A DNA stretch of 64,000 nt from a bacterium (GTDB taxonomy: Bacteria > Patescibacteriota > Minisyncoccia > Phycocordibacterales > UBA12079): NCBI GenBank assembly GCA_030641525.1, contig DAOWHH010000016.1, positions 1,073-65,072 of the forward strand, given 5' to 3'. Of this stretch, positions 1-9,849 are shown piece after piece (within the stretch, counting starts at the first letter, position 1; each line of letters begins with the position of its first letter). The translations under genes and the position numbers were made by a program. The notes under the pieces are model-generated. The model was given only the letters and a program-made list of their open reading frames with translations, did not search any database and was not told where the DNA came from.

Positions 1-745
1 CAGCAACAGCAATTAAAACAGAAGATGCTTGAGATTTACCTATCACCCCCTTTAAAATTATAGGAATACTTATATCTGAATATTTTACTTCAAAATTAAT
101 CCCAGTCGGAATTGAGTTTTCATAAATAACTTCAATATCTGACCCTAAAACATCAACTCCTTCCTTATACCCAAAAGAAATTGTTTGTATTCCTTCAGCT
201 ACTTGAATAGAATTCACATTTTCATCATCACTGTTTTTTACAAAAATTCCTCCTGCTTTTAAGTATTTCACTAATTTCTTTTTTTCATCCATAAGGGCTT
301 GTGGAGATTTAAAAAATTCTACATGAACAGGAATTTTCGCAAAACGAGTAATAACTGCAATATCTGGTTTAAGCCATTTTGCTAGATTTTCTATATCACC
401 AGGAGCATCAGCCCCAACTTCAAGCACCATCCATTTAGGATAATTACTTTTAAATAATAAAAGTTTCAATCCAATTAAAATATTCTTCAACCATAAAAAA
501 GGATTATTCCAAGCATTTTCACATCCCAAAATAGTCAAAGGTACTCCTATTTCACTATTAAAACTTTTTTCACTTTTTCTTACAAAAAAAGATGAACTTA
601 AAACTGTATAAATAGTATCTTTGGTAGTAGTTTTCCCAACACTCCCTGTAACGGCTACTATTTTGGGTTTGTATTTTTTTAAAACTAATTTAGCTTCTAA
701 TTGTATAATAGAAATCACAACCTTTTTAAATATATTTTTTAACAT
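1..745 (-). CDS. Mur ligase family protein (MurE/MurF-like), partial; C-terminus lies beyond the window start
   Basis: Minus-strand translation from the ATG at 743-745 gives MLKNIFKKVVISIIQLEAKLVLKKYKPKIVAVTGSVGKTTTKD..., containing the Mur ligase P-loop. It sits directly downstream of ftsI in a dcw-type cluster. It runs off the window, so it is absent from the ORF track. Confidence 0.6.
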   Translation of the reverse strand, partial: MLKNIFKKVVISIIQLEAKLVLKKYKPKIVAVTGSVGKTTTKDTIYTVLSSSFFVRKSEKSFNSEIGVPLTILGCENAWNNPFLWLKNILIGLKLLLFKSNYPKWMVLEVGADAPGDIENLAKWLKPDIAVITRFAKIPVHVEFFKSPQALMDEKKKLVKYLKAGGIFVKNSDDENVNSIQVAEGIQTISFGYKEGVDVLGSDIEVIYENSIPTGINFEVKYSDISIPIILKGVIGKSQASSVLIAVA

Positions 746-777
746 TACCTGTATTATAACTTATTTTCATAGAAAAA

Positions 778-806
778 GGCGCCTGCAAAGCAGGCGCCTT
801 TTTTTA
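778..806 (-). terminator. Intrinsic terminator hairpin after ftsI
   Basis: GGCGCCTGC-TTT-GCAGGCGCC hairpin followed by a T-run on the minus strand, immediately after the ftsI stop at 842. Confidence 0.6.
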
Positions 807-841
807 ACTTCCTCTCTAAAAAATTAAAATAAAATTTTATT

Positions 842-2563
842 TTAATTTTCCCTCCCATTCTCTCTGTCAGGAATAACTTCATAATAATTAATTAGAAATC
901 TGAAAATATCCATAAAAGGATGTGTAAGAGTTTGTGATGAATATTTAACTTCTTTTGGATCTATTATATACAAAAAAACCAAAAACTCTGGTTTACTTGC
1001 AGGAAAATAACCAAAAAAACTATGTAAATATTTATTTTCGTAATAACCCCCTATATTTTCTCTCACCATTTGAGCAGTTCCTGTCTTTGCAGCAATAAGA
1101 TAATCATCTGATTTTACAGTTCCACCCAATAAAGCATCATCAACCACAACAGATAACATTCTACTTATTTCCCTACTAGTTTCTTCTTTAAAAATTCTCT
1201 CATTTTCATAAAAAAGTTTTTCAGATGGCATTATGTCATATTCTATTTCCTTAACTAGATGAGGTGTAATTAAAAAACCTCCATTAGCTAAAGTACAAAG
1301 AGCTTTGACTGCACCAATTGGTGTTATCGCAATTCCCTGCCCAAATGATGCCGTGGCATATTCAATATCTCTATTACTTTCAAGATTTGAAAGTAATCCA
1401 TAGGTTTCGTTTGGTAAATCTATTCCTGTCTCCTCTCCTAAACCCAAATCAAATAAATATTTTGCGAATTTTTTATTACCAATTTCTTGAGCTACAAAAA
1501 CTGCCCCTAGATTTAAAGATTGATTCAAAATCTGTTGAAGCTCTACAACACCCCTAGCTTTTCCATCATAATTTGAAATAGTTTTTCCATCTAAAGTTAT
1601 AGACCCTTTGTCATTATAAATAGTATCAGCTGACACAGCTCCTGTATCAAGACCAATAGCTACAGTTAAAGCCTTTATAATAGATCCCATTTCATATACA
1701 TTTTCAACCATAGGATTCCCAAATTTTATACCTTCTGCTTTATTAAAATTATTTGAATCAAAGGTAGGAGAAAAACCTAAGGCGTAAATTTCTCCATTAT
1801 TGGGATTTATAATTATTCCTCCCGCCAATTCTGTTTTCCAATTATCAGAAAGTTCTTCCAGTCTATTTTCCAAATAATTTTGAACAGAAGGTTCAATAGT
1901 CATAATAATATCTCCCTCTTTTTTTATACCCTCTTCAAGAATAACTTGATTTAAATTAGAAAAAATTTCAGCAAAAAAATTAACAAAAAGATTTTTACTT
2001 TCTCTTTGTAATAAATAATCATAATATTTTTCCACCCCATAAATACCCTCTAAAGAATCTCCGTTATAAGCAACAAAACCTAATGTATGAGAAGCTAAAT
2101 TATTTCCAGGATAAAAACGCCATTTATCCATTTCTAAAGAAACACCTATTAAATCTAATTCCCTTATTTTTTCTGCTGACTCAAAATCAAGTCTATCTTT
2201 TATTTCTTCATAAGGATCACCTTTTTTATTAGCTCTGTATAAAAAGATATCTTTATCTATTTCTATAATATTTGATAGCTTTTCATAAACATCTTCAGCA
2301 TTTTCTATTAAATTAGGATTAATAGTTAATTTAAAACCAGAAATTGTCATTCCAGCAGAAAATTTTTTATCATCTTTATATTCAAAAAAAATATTACCTC
2401 TATTAAAGGTATTCTTGGGTTGAATATATTGTCTATTTGCTTCCCTACCATATTCCTCTCCTTTTACAATTTGCACTATATACAACTGAGCTATGATAAC
2501 GAAGAAAAATAAAAAAAACCCTAAACCTAAGAGTTTTATTCTAAAATTATATATATGCTTCAT
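842..2563 (-). CDS. ftsI: Class B penicillin-binding protein (peptidoglycan transpeptidase, FtsI/PBP2-like)
   Basis: 573 aa with an N-terminal TM segment, an SxxK motif (GSIIKAL) and a KTG motif (AAKTGTAQ). Position is after ftsL in the dcw cluster. Confidence 0.85.
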   Translation of the reverse strand: MKHIYNFRIKLLGLGFFLFFFVIIAQLYIVQIVKGEEYGREANRQYIQPKNTFNRGNIFFEYKDDKKFSAGMTISGFKLTINPNLIENAEDVYEKLSNIIEIDKDIFLYRANKKGDPYEEIKDRLDFESAEKIRELDLIGVSLEMDKWRFYPGNNLASHTLGFVAYNGDSLEGIYGVEKYYDYLLQRESKNLFVNFFAEIFSNLNQVILEEGIKKEGDIIMTIEPSVQNYLENRLEELSDNWKTELAGGIIINPNNGEIYALGFSPTFDSNNFNKAEGIKFGNPMVENVYEMGSIIKALTVAIGLDTGAVSADTIYNDKGSITLDGKTISNYDGKARGVVELQQILNQSLNLGAVFVAQEIGNKKFAKYLFDLGLGEETGIDLPNETYGLLSNLESNRDIEYATASFGQGIAITPIGAVKALCTLANGGFLITPHLVKEIEYDIMPSEKLFYENERIFKEETSREISRMLSVVVDDALLGGTVKSDDYLIAAKTGTAQMVRENIGGYYENKYLHSFFGYFPASKPEFLVFLYIIDPKEVKYSSQTLTHPFMDIFRFLINYYEVIPDRENGREN

Positions 2564-2574
2564 TATAGATTTTC

Positions 2575-2889
2575 TTAATTAACCAAAGAAAGCTTATCAT
2601 TAACAACCCTTCTATCTACGAACTTAATATTTGAAGCTTCAATAAAACCAATGGTTTTTGCCATATTAAAATTAATATCTTTTTTCAAGGACATATATTC
2701 AAATTCTAATTTCCCTATATTTGAATCCATATCCACCATCTCTTGTGCAATACTTTTATAAATAGCAATATTCATTGTTATTTGTGTAATAAAATATACA
2801 TACACCACAGACAATGACAATACAGAAAAAGACAAGAATATAAAAATCCTCTTTTTATTTAAATTATTTATTTGTGTTATTGCTTCCAT
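2575..2889 (-). CDS. ftsL: FtsL-like cell division protein
   Basis: 104 aa with a single N-terminal TM helix, located between rsmH and ftsI. Confidence 0.5.
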   Translation of the reverse strand: MEAITQINNLNKKRIFIFLSFSVLSLSVVYVYFITQITMNIAIYKSIAQEMVDMDSNIGKLEFEYMSLKKDINFNMAKTIGFIEASNIKFVDRRVVNDKLSLVN

Positions 2890-2894
2890 ATATT

Positions 2895-2982
2895 TAGCTT
2901 TCTAGCTTTTTAGCTTTTTAGCTTTTTAGCTGGCTAGCTTCTTAGGAGAAAAATCGCTTTGCGATTTTTCCTCTAAGAAGCT
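2895..2982. repeat. Tandem TAGCTTTTT repeats plus a long palindrome centred on GAAAAATCGCTTTGCGATTTTTC
   Basis: Four TAGCTTTT(T) units, then the inverted repeat AGCTTCTTAGGAG...CTCTAAGAAGCT around a perfect A5-TCGC-TTT-GCGA-T5 hairpin. One member of a family seen five or more times in the window. Confidence 0.7.
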
Positions 2983-2995
2983 AATTAGCTAATTC

Positions 2996-3883
2996 CTAAC
3001 TCCCTAATTTGATTGCTCTCAATTTAGCACTACGCGATCTTGGATTATTTTTTATTTCCTCTCTACTAGGAATAATTGGCTTTTTAGTTAAAATTAATCC
3101 TTCTTTATTTTCTTTTAATTTTCTAAAATAATTCTTTACTACTCTATCTTCCAAACTATGAAAAGAAACAATTGCTATTATTCCTCCTTCATTTAAAAGT
3201 CCAAAAGCTTTTTCTAATCCCATTTTTAAAGATCCTATCTCATCGTTTACAGTAATTCTTAAAGCCTGAAAAGTTTTAGTAGCATAATGTAGTCTTTTTG
3301 ATTGATACCATTTAGGTACCGCCTTTTTAATAATCTCTACTAATTCAAAAGTGCTTTCAATAGTTTTTTCTTTTCTTGCTAAAACAATTTCTTTAGCAAT
3401 TTCTTTAGCAAATCTTTCTTCTCCGTACCCAGAAATGATATCTGAAATATTGTCCTCGTCCCAATTATTTACAATTTCTTTAGCTATTAAATCGTCAGAG
3501 CTTGGTTTTTTTTTAAAGGTCATCAGAAGTGGTTCGTTTTTTTGAAAAGAAAAACCTCTTCCTGAATCTTCTAATTGATCAGAACTAAATCCTAAATCAA
3601 AAACTATTTTATCCACCTTTTTAATATCCAATTCTTTCAAAACCTTATCTAGATTTCTGAAATTTTCATTTACCAAATGTCTTCTACAATTTACTTTCAT
3701 TTCTCTCACTCTTTCAAGAGCTGAAATATCTTGATCTAAACCAATAACCATTCCTGATTTTCCAATCTTTTTACATATTTCATTTAGATAACCACCTCCA
3801 CCCACTGTTCCGTCTAAAACAATATCCTTTTCCTGAATATCTAATATATTTATTACCTCATTTAAAAGAACTGGTTTGTGCAT
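2996..3883 (-). CDS. rsmH: 16S rRNA (cytosine1402-N4)-methyltransferase RsmH (MraW)
   Basis: 295 aa. Conserved N-terminus MHKPVLLNEV...LDGTVGGGGY and the DLGFSS motif. Sits between mraZ and ftsL. Confidence 0.9.
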   Translation of the reverse strand: MHKPVLLNEVINILDIQEKDIVLDGTVGGGGYLNEICKKIGKSGMVIGLDQDISALERVREMKVNCRRHLVNENFRNLDKVLKELDIKKVDKIVFDLGFSSDQLEDSGRGFSFQKNEPLLMTFKKKPSSDDLIAKEIVNNWDEDNISDIISGYGEERFAKEIAKEIVLARKEKTIESTFELVEIIKKAVPKWYQSKRLHYATKTFQALRITVNDEIGSLKMGLEKAFGLLNEGGIIAIVSFHSLEDRVVKNYFRKLKENKEGLILTKKPIIPSREEIKNNPRSRSAKLRAIKLGS

Positions 3884-3884
3884 A

Positions 3885-4352
3885 TTAAATAACCCCTATT
3901 TCTCCTAATTTCTCAGCCAATATATCTGCCTGACCTTCAATTTTTTCTTTATAAGTTTTCCAAATCTTTTCATCCCAAATTTCAATATGATCACTCACTC
4001 CGGCAAAAACTACTTTCGTTTTTAATTTTCCATAACTCTTTAAAAAATCTGGAACCAAAACTCTACCAATAGAATCAAGTGATACTTCCGTAGCTCCGGC
4101 TACCATTAATCTTTTAAAACCTCGTTGATCTGCTTGACCCATAGAAAGTCCTGCTAATTTTTCTGATACTTTTTTCCATTCAGACATAGCGTAAACATAA
4201 ATACAATCATCAGAACCTTTTGTCATAATCATTTTTTTTCCCATAACACCACGAAATTTTGTAGGTAACGAAACCCTTTTTTTAGAATCTATAGTATGTG
4301 TATACTCTCCTATCAACATAATATTTAAAATGTATTTACCACCTTTTCCCAC
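3885..4352 (-). CDS. mraZ: Transcriptional regulator MraZ
   Basis: 155 aa. Begins MLIGEYTHTIDSKKRVSLP, the MraZ signature, with a duplicated MraZ domain. It is the first gene of the dcw operon. Confidence 0.85.
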   Translation of the reverse strand: MGKGGKYILNIMLIGEYTHTIDSKKRVSLPTKFRGVMGKKMIMTKGSDDCIYVYAMSEWKKVSEKLAGLSMGQADQRGFKRLMVAGATEVSLDSIGRVLVPDFLKSYGKLKTKVVFAGVSDHIEIWDEKIWKTYKEKIEGQADILAEKLGEIGVI

Positions 4353-4564
4353 TTAGATAATATTTTATAACACAAACGCCCACAACACAAATATAGTTAT
4401 CCACATATCCCCCTAAAACACTTTATTTTTTAAAATTGAAAATTTCAAAAATAAAGTGTTCGGGCGAACACTCTTGTTTTGCAAGAGTGTTTTAGCCATA
4501 AACACCTCACCAACCATATTTTCAAAAAACTTAGTAATCCAACTACTAAGTGAATGAAATATAC

Positions 4565-4593
4565 TAACTTATTCAAATATCCCTCCTATTTTG
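4565..4593 (+). promoter_or_regulatory. Sigma70-like promoter for rnr
   Basis: TTCAAA, then a 17-nt spacer, then TGcTATAAT (the -10 hexamer at 4588-4593), 14 nt upstream of the rnr start. Confidence 0.5.
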
Positions 4594-4606
4594 CTATAAT
4601 AAGAAT

Positions 4607-6576
4607 ATGAAAGAGAATGAAAAAACTAAAAAAACTCTTGAAGAAACAATAATTATTACTACTAAAAGAATAGGAATTATTAGACTTTCTGGTAACGATA
4701 AAATAGAAATACCAGAAAATAATCTAAATACTGCTTTAAACGGAGATTTAATTGAGGTATCTTTAGAAAAAAAACCTCGAGTAATAAATGTAATAAAAAG
4801 AGCTAAGAATAAATTCGTCGGAACAATCTATAGAAAAGATGATGTTTATTTCTTAACCCCAGATGATTTTAGATTTTATCCCCACCTAGAACTTGCTCGT
4901 CCAGTAAGTGGTGTTGGAATTCCTAGTGAATTCTCTAACTTAAAGGAAGATATCTCAAATGGAAATACTAAAGTATTAATTGAGATGTCTGAATGGACAA
5001 ATCCGAAAGAAAACCCTGTAGGAAAAATAATAAAAATATTGGGTAGAAAAGGAGAGAATAATACTGAAATGGAAGCTATTCTTTATGGAAAAGGTTTTGA
5101 CACAAGCTTTCCTCAAGAAGTTGAAGAAGAAGCCAATAAAATTAAAAATACAGCCACTAAAGAATTTGCAAAAGAAATTAAAAAAAGAAAAGATATAAGA
5201 AAAACCACAACCTTTACTATTGATCCTGATGATGCTAAAGATTTTGACGACGCCTTATCTTTTAAAAAACTAAAAGATGGTAATTATGAAATTGGTATTC
5301 ATATTGCAGATGTCACTCATTATGTAAAAATAAATTCAATTATTGATAAAGAAGCTATAAGTAGAGCCACTTCAGTTTATTTAGTAGACAGAACTATTCC
5401 AATGCTTCCAGAAATTCTATCTAATAACTTATGTTCTCTAAACCCCGATGAAGATAAACTTACCTATTCCGTTATTTTCACAATAAATAAAAATACTCAA
5501 ATAATAGATACTTGGTTTGGAGAAACTATTATCCATTCAGATAAAAGATTTACCTATAAGGAAGCTCAGGGTAATTTAGATAGAGGAAAAGGTGATTTTT
5601 ATGAAGAATTAAAAATTCTAGATGAATTGGCTAAAAAAATAAGAAAAGAACGAGCTAAAAAAGGAGCTATCTCTTTTGGAAGTAATGAATATAAATTCAC
5701 TCTTGATGAAGACGGAAAAGCTATTGATGTACATAAAAAAGAGCTAATGCAAACTAATGATTTAATTGAGGATTTTATGCTTTTAGCTAATAAAGCTGTA
5801 GCCGAATTTATTCATAATCAAGAAAAGAAATTAAAAATAGAAATACCTTTTGTTTATCGTATTCACGATATTCCTAAAGTAGATCAAATTAAAGAATTAG
5901 CCGATTTTCTTAAAAAGACAGGTTATCACTTAAGTATCAAAAAAATAAAGTATCCTCACGAGATTTAAATAATTTATTAGAAAAAATAGAAGGTGAGCCC
6001 GAAGAAAATCTAATCGCTACTGCTATGCTTAAATCAATGGCCAAAGCTATTTATTCCACTCAAAATATTGGACATTATGGTTTAGCTTTTGAACATTATA
6101 CTCATTTTACATCCCCTATTCGTCGTTATCCTGATATGATGGTTCATCGTTTAATGAAAAAATATTTAGCAGGTGAAAATATATCTCCTCGTTCAATCAA
6201 AAAATATAAAGAATTAACTTCCCGATCAACCCAACAAGAAATAGCAGCTGTAGATGCTGAAAGGAATTCTGTTAGATATAAATTTACAGAATTTATGTCA
6301 GATAAAATAGGAGAAGAATTTGAAGGTGTTATTTCTGGAATTACTAAATGGGGAGTATATGTTCAAATAGAAAACGGAGCTAATGGAATGATAAGTCTTA
6401 GAACTTTGAAAAACGATTATTATGATCTTGATACGAAAAATTATAGTTTAGTTGGACAAAAAACAAGAACTAAATATTCTCTTGGAGATAAAATAAAAGT
6501 CCGTTTAATAAAAACAAATATAGACCGACAATTAATCGATTTTGAAATCTCCGGAGGTTCAACCTCCGGAGGTTAA
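4607..6576 (+). pseudogene. rnr: Ribonuclease R (VacB), interrupted by a frameshift in an A7 run at 5939-5945
   Basis: ORF 4607-5968 carries the cold-shock and RNB domains and ends at a stop. Reading frame 1 from 5950 gives VSSRDLNNLLEKIEGEPEENLIATAMLKSMAKAIYS...HYGLAFEHYTHFTSPIRRYPD plus the S1 domain, through 6576. Adding one A (A8) gives a continuous ...GYHLSIKKNKVSSRDL... protein. Confidence 0.75.
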
Positions 6577-6590
6577 ATTTGAATGCTTAT

Positions 6591-8879
6591 TTATTTCGCT
6601 ACCTGTACTGCCTCACCAAATTGAATAGATAATAATTTTGATACCCCATCAGCCCCCATCGTCACACCATAAAGAATATTAGCTCGTGACATAGTTTCCC
6701 TATTATGGGTAATTAAAATTAATTGAGAAAGTTCCGATAATTTCTCAATCATATCTCCATATTTCTTTGAATTAGCTTCATCAAGAGCAGCGTCAGTTTC
6801 ATCTAAAACAATAAAAGGAGGTGGGTTTACTTGTGACATAGCAAAAAGTAATGCAATGGAGGTTAAAGACCTTTCTCCTCCTGATAACATTTGAAGACCT
6901 TTTGTCTTTTTGTTCGGCAAAGAAACATTAACCTCAATTCCTTTTTCATCATTTATTTCTTCTTCCTCTTCCACTTCAGCAATTAAATCTTCTTCATCCA
7001 AATTCAAATCCGTATCTTTTTTCCGACGAACAATTTTTTCCTTAACCAAACTCAGATTAGCTTTTCCCCCTCCAAACATAAGAGTAAAAAATTCTTGAAA
7101 TTGTTTATCAATTTTTTCTAACCCATCTTTAAATTCTACTTCTAGTTTTTCTTTAAGTTCTTCAATCAAAGCCACTAAAGATTCTGCTGATTTTTCTAGG
7201 TCTTCTATTTCATTAATCAAAAACTCATCTCTTTTTTGAACCTCTTCATATTCCTGAACTATATCCTCACCAGAACCTCCCCCTGAATCTTCTATTAAGA
7301 TCTTAATCCTTTCAATCTTCTTCAATCTTTCTGTTTGTGTTTCTCTCATCTCATTAACTATATCTGATATAGATAAAATATTCCTATTTTCATCTTCTAA
7401 TTTTAAATCCTTAATTTGTATAGCATCTCTCCCTACCAAAACATAAGATTCTGTCATTTCTTTTTTATAATTCTCATCAGCTAAGATTATTTTTTCTTCT
7501 AAGTTTTGTAGAGAATTTAATTCTGATTTAATCTCACTTTGTTTAGCAGATATCTCAAAAACTGCCAATTCAGCTCCCCTATTAGAATCTTTTTCTTTTT
7601 CTATTTCAGATTTAAGAATATTAAACTTAGATAAAATTCCAGTCTCTTGTTTCTTAATATCCATAACCTCTTTTTCAATCTTTTCTTTTTCTAAATTTAA
7701 TTCATTTAATTTATCATCTGTTTTAACATCACCTTCCTCTACTAATTCAGTATTGGAATATTTCTTAATAAATTGAGAAAAAGATTCTTTAATTCTTTTC
7801 AATACTCCTTTTATTTGGGCAATATCTTCTAGATTATCAGCTAATTTAATTTGGTCATTTATTTCTAACTCTAGATTTTTAACCTTCTCAAAATCAATCC
7901 TTATTTCATTATCATTATTCTTTAAGGAAGGTTTTACTTCTAAAACAGAAATTGTCCCCTCCACTCTTCCTAATTTTAATGTTAATTCGTCTTTTTGAGA
8001 TCTAAAATTAGTTAATTGTTTTTCTAACTCAACCAAAGATCCTGACTTATCGTTATCTTTTTCTGAATTTTCTAAAATAGATTTTGCTTCCTTCAAATCT
8101 TTTTCTAATTGAGTTAATTTTATCAATAGAGGACTTTTATCTTTTTCTATTTTTTCTTTCCAATATTTTAAATAAATATCTTCTCTCTTAAAATATTCTT
8201 GATAAAGAATTTTTAACTCATTCCTCATCTCAAGAGTTTTTTCTATTTTAATTATTTGTTTTTTCAAAAATTTAAGATGAGGTACATTTTCTTTTCTTAA
8301 AGATTGAACCGAATCTATATTTTCTCTAACCTTGTCCAATTTCTTTTCACTAGCAATTCTTTTATATTGATAAATTTTTAACCCTAGAGCTTCTTCTATA
8401 ATCAATTTTCTCTCTTTAGGGTTTACATTTAAAATTTTATCAGCTTCACCTTGTGAAATAATATGATGACCAGAAGAACCTATATTCGCCCCTGCTAATA
8501 ATTCCGAAACATCTTTTAAACGAACTGGACTTTTATTAATAAAATATTGATTAACACCATCACGATGAACCTGTCTTTCTATTATTACCTCGTCATAATC
8601 AATATCCAAAAAACGACCTCTATTATCAAAAACAATTTTAACACTCGCCCTATTTCCTCTAGGAATAGATTGTGAACCATTAAATATCAAATCTTCTCCT
8701 CTTTTACCTCTCATCGTCTTAATAGATTGTTCACCTAAAGCAAAACGAAAAGCCTCAACCACATTTGATTTACCAGAACCATTAGGGCCTACAACAGACG
8801 ATATATTTGTATTAAATTCTAAAAAAGTCTTCTTGGCAAAAGACTTAAAACCCGCTATTTCTAACGATTTTAGATGCAT
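6591..8879 (-). CDS. smc: SMC-family chromosome segregation ATPase (short form, 762 aa)
   Basis: N-terminal Walker A (GPNGSGKSN), long coiled-coil-type central region, and C-terminal LSGGERSLTSIALLFAM signature with a Walker B (FIVLDETDAALD). Confidence 0.75.
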   Translation of the reverse strand: MHLKSLEIAGFKSFAKKTFLEFNTNISSVVGPNGSGKSNVVEAFRFALGEQSIKTMRGKRGEDLIFNGSQSIPRGNRASVKIVFDNRGRFLDIDYDEVIIERQVHRDGVNQYFINKSPVRLKDVSELLAGANIGSSGHHIISQGEADKILNVNPKERKLIIEEALGLKIYQYKRIASEKKLDKVRENIDSVQSLRKENVPHLKFLKKQIIKIEKTLEMRNELKILYQEYFKREDIYLKYWKEKIEKDKSPLLIKLTQLEKDLKEAKSILENSEKDNDKSGSLVELEKQLTNFRSQKDELTLKLGRVEGTISVLEVKPSLKNNDNEIRIDFEKVKNLELEINDQIKLADNLEDIAQIKGVLKRIKESFSQFIKKYSNTELVEEGDVKTDDKLNELNLEKEKIEKEVMDIKKQETGILSKFNILKSEIEKEKDSNRGAELAVFEISAKQSEIKSELNSLQNLEEKIILADENYKKEMTESYVLVGRDAIQIKDLKLEDENRNILSISDIVNEMRETQTERLKKIERIKILIEDSGGGSGEDIVQEYEEVQKRDEFLINEIEDLEKSAESLVALIEELKEKLEVEFKDGLEKIDKQFQEFFTLMFGGGKANLSLVKEKIVRRKKDTDLNLDEEDLIAEVEEEEEINDEKGIEVNVSLPNKKTKGLQMLSGGERSLTSIALLFAMSQVNPPPFIVLDETDAALDEANSKKYGDMIEKLSELSQLILITHNRETMSRANILYGVTMGADGVSKLLSIQFGEAVQVAK

Positions 8880-8930
8880 TGAGATAAGTATATCATAATT
8901 ATTTTATTAAAAAATGATAAAAAATAAAAA

Positions 8931-9000
8931 AGATATCTGGGGAGGTTGGGCCTCCCCAGATTAAAAGTTGGCTATGCGATAGCCGACTTTTTTAAATTTT
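8931..9000. repeat. 70-bp double-hairpin element, copy 1
   Basis: AAAAGATATCTGGGGAGGTTGGGCCTCCCCAGATTAAAAGTTGGCTATGCGATAGCCGACTTTTTTAA, nearly identical to 9730-9800. Confidence 0.8.
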
Positions 9001-9116
9001 TAAACAATTTTCAATGCTCAAATACTTGACGAGATATGTACTATAATATATAATATAAATAAGTTTTTAAAGAGCAGTACCTTCCTAAATCAATTCCAAT
9101 TCAAAAGGAGAACAAG

Positions 9117-9659
9117 ATGAAAAAGCAAATAGTTAGTCTGTGTTTGTCCTTGTTTATTATGATGTTTTTGGTTGTAACTCAAGGATATGCACAGCAAACC
9201 AACAGAATGATATATCAAGATTCTTCAGTTAATATTTCTGTAGAGATTGATACTAAGGTTTGTTTAGATAAAGCATCGATAAAAACAAGTGGTGAAAAAA
9301 GGTGGACTCCATCAGCAGTCACTACTGATAATGTATCTTTCTATATCTCATTCCTGAAAAATGAAACAACTGGAATCGTTACCATTTTGTATAAAATAAC
9401 CTTTCCTTCATCATCGGGGAGTATGTTAATACTACCTCTGGTTTTTCTTGACACCAAAACAAAAGAAGAGCGATCTAAACTCATATCTGAATTACTTGAT
9501 TTCGCCAAAACAAGACTTACAAAAAAGGAGTTTGTTTGGTTTAAAACCAATATCAATGGGATACCCTCAATAAGAAACCGTTTGGATGTAGGTTGGGTCT
9601 ACTTCGGGAACTCTTCTGACAACATCCTCAATAAAACATGTTTAGGGGACGGAGAATAG
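9117..9659 (+). CDS. Secreted hypothetical protein (signal peptide)
   Basis: 180 aa. N-terminus MKKQIVSLCLSLFIMMFLVVTQGYAQQ is a signal peptide. The gene has its own terminator and is bracketed by the 70-bp repeat copies. Confidence 0.5.
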   Translation: MKKQIVSLCLSLFIMMFLVVTQGYAQQTNRMIYQDSSVNISVEIDTKVCLDKASIKTSGEKRWTPSAVTTDNVSFYISFLKNETTGIVTILYKITFPSSSGSMLILPLVFLDTKTKEERSKLISELLDFAKTRLTKKEFVWFKTNINGIPSIRNRLDVGWVYFGNSSDNILNKTCLGDGE

Positions 9660-9682
9660 ACACCCTGTTCCTTTTGAAAACC

Positions 9683-9728
9683 AAACCCTCACGAAACTGC
9701 AAAGTGTCGTGAGGGTTTTTCTATTTTT
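9683..9728 (+). terminator. Intrinsic terminator
   Basis: AAACCCTCACGA...TCGTGAGGGTTTTT hairpin followed by a T-run. Confidence 0.6.
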
Positions 9729-9729
9729 A

Positions 9730-9800
9730 ATAAAAAAGATATCTGGGGAGGTTGGACCTCCCCAGATTAAAAGTTGGCTATGCGATAGCCGACTTTTTTA
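9730..9800. repeat. 70-bp double-hairpin element, copy 2
   Basis: Near-identical direct copy of 8931-9000, with one G/A difference in the first hairpin. Confidence 0.8.
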
Positions 9801-9849
9801 AATTTTCACAGTTAAAATTTGCATTAAAATCAATTATGTTGTATTACTA

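Noticed and set aside
1318-1557. ORF-track entries embedded in or antisense to well-supported genes (1318-1557, 3351-3545, 6910-7098, 9341-9556, 9872-10066, 10359-10616, 13743-14018, 14690-15184, 18289-18486, 22045-22326, 22872-23114, 27769-28005, 30048-30400, 31401-31595, 36023-36235, 38437-38628, 39146-39376, 40398-40661, 48364-48588, 51026-51214, 52763-52963, 56008-56377, 56658-56876, 62012-62212, 63093-63662)
   Set aside because: Each overlaps a longer ORF on the other strand or frame that has clear conserved motifs. Their composition is low-complexity typical of AT-rich antisense frames.
4393-4401. Replication origin (DnaA box TTATCCACA in the mraZ-rnr spacer)
   Set aside because: There is a single box only, no dnaA gene and no box cluster, so it is probably incidental.
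5939-5945. Programmed ribosomal frameshift in rnr and ftsA
   Set aside because: Both sites are plain A7 runs without slippery heptamer plus structure context. The same +1 A correction fixes both, so homopolymer error or simple indel is more parsimonious.
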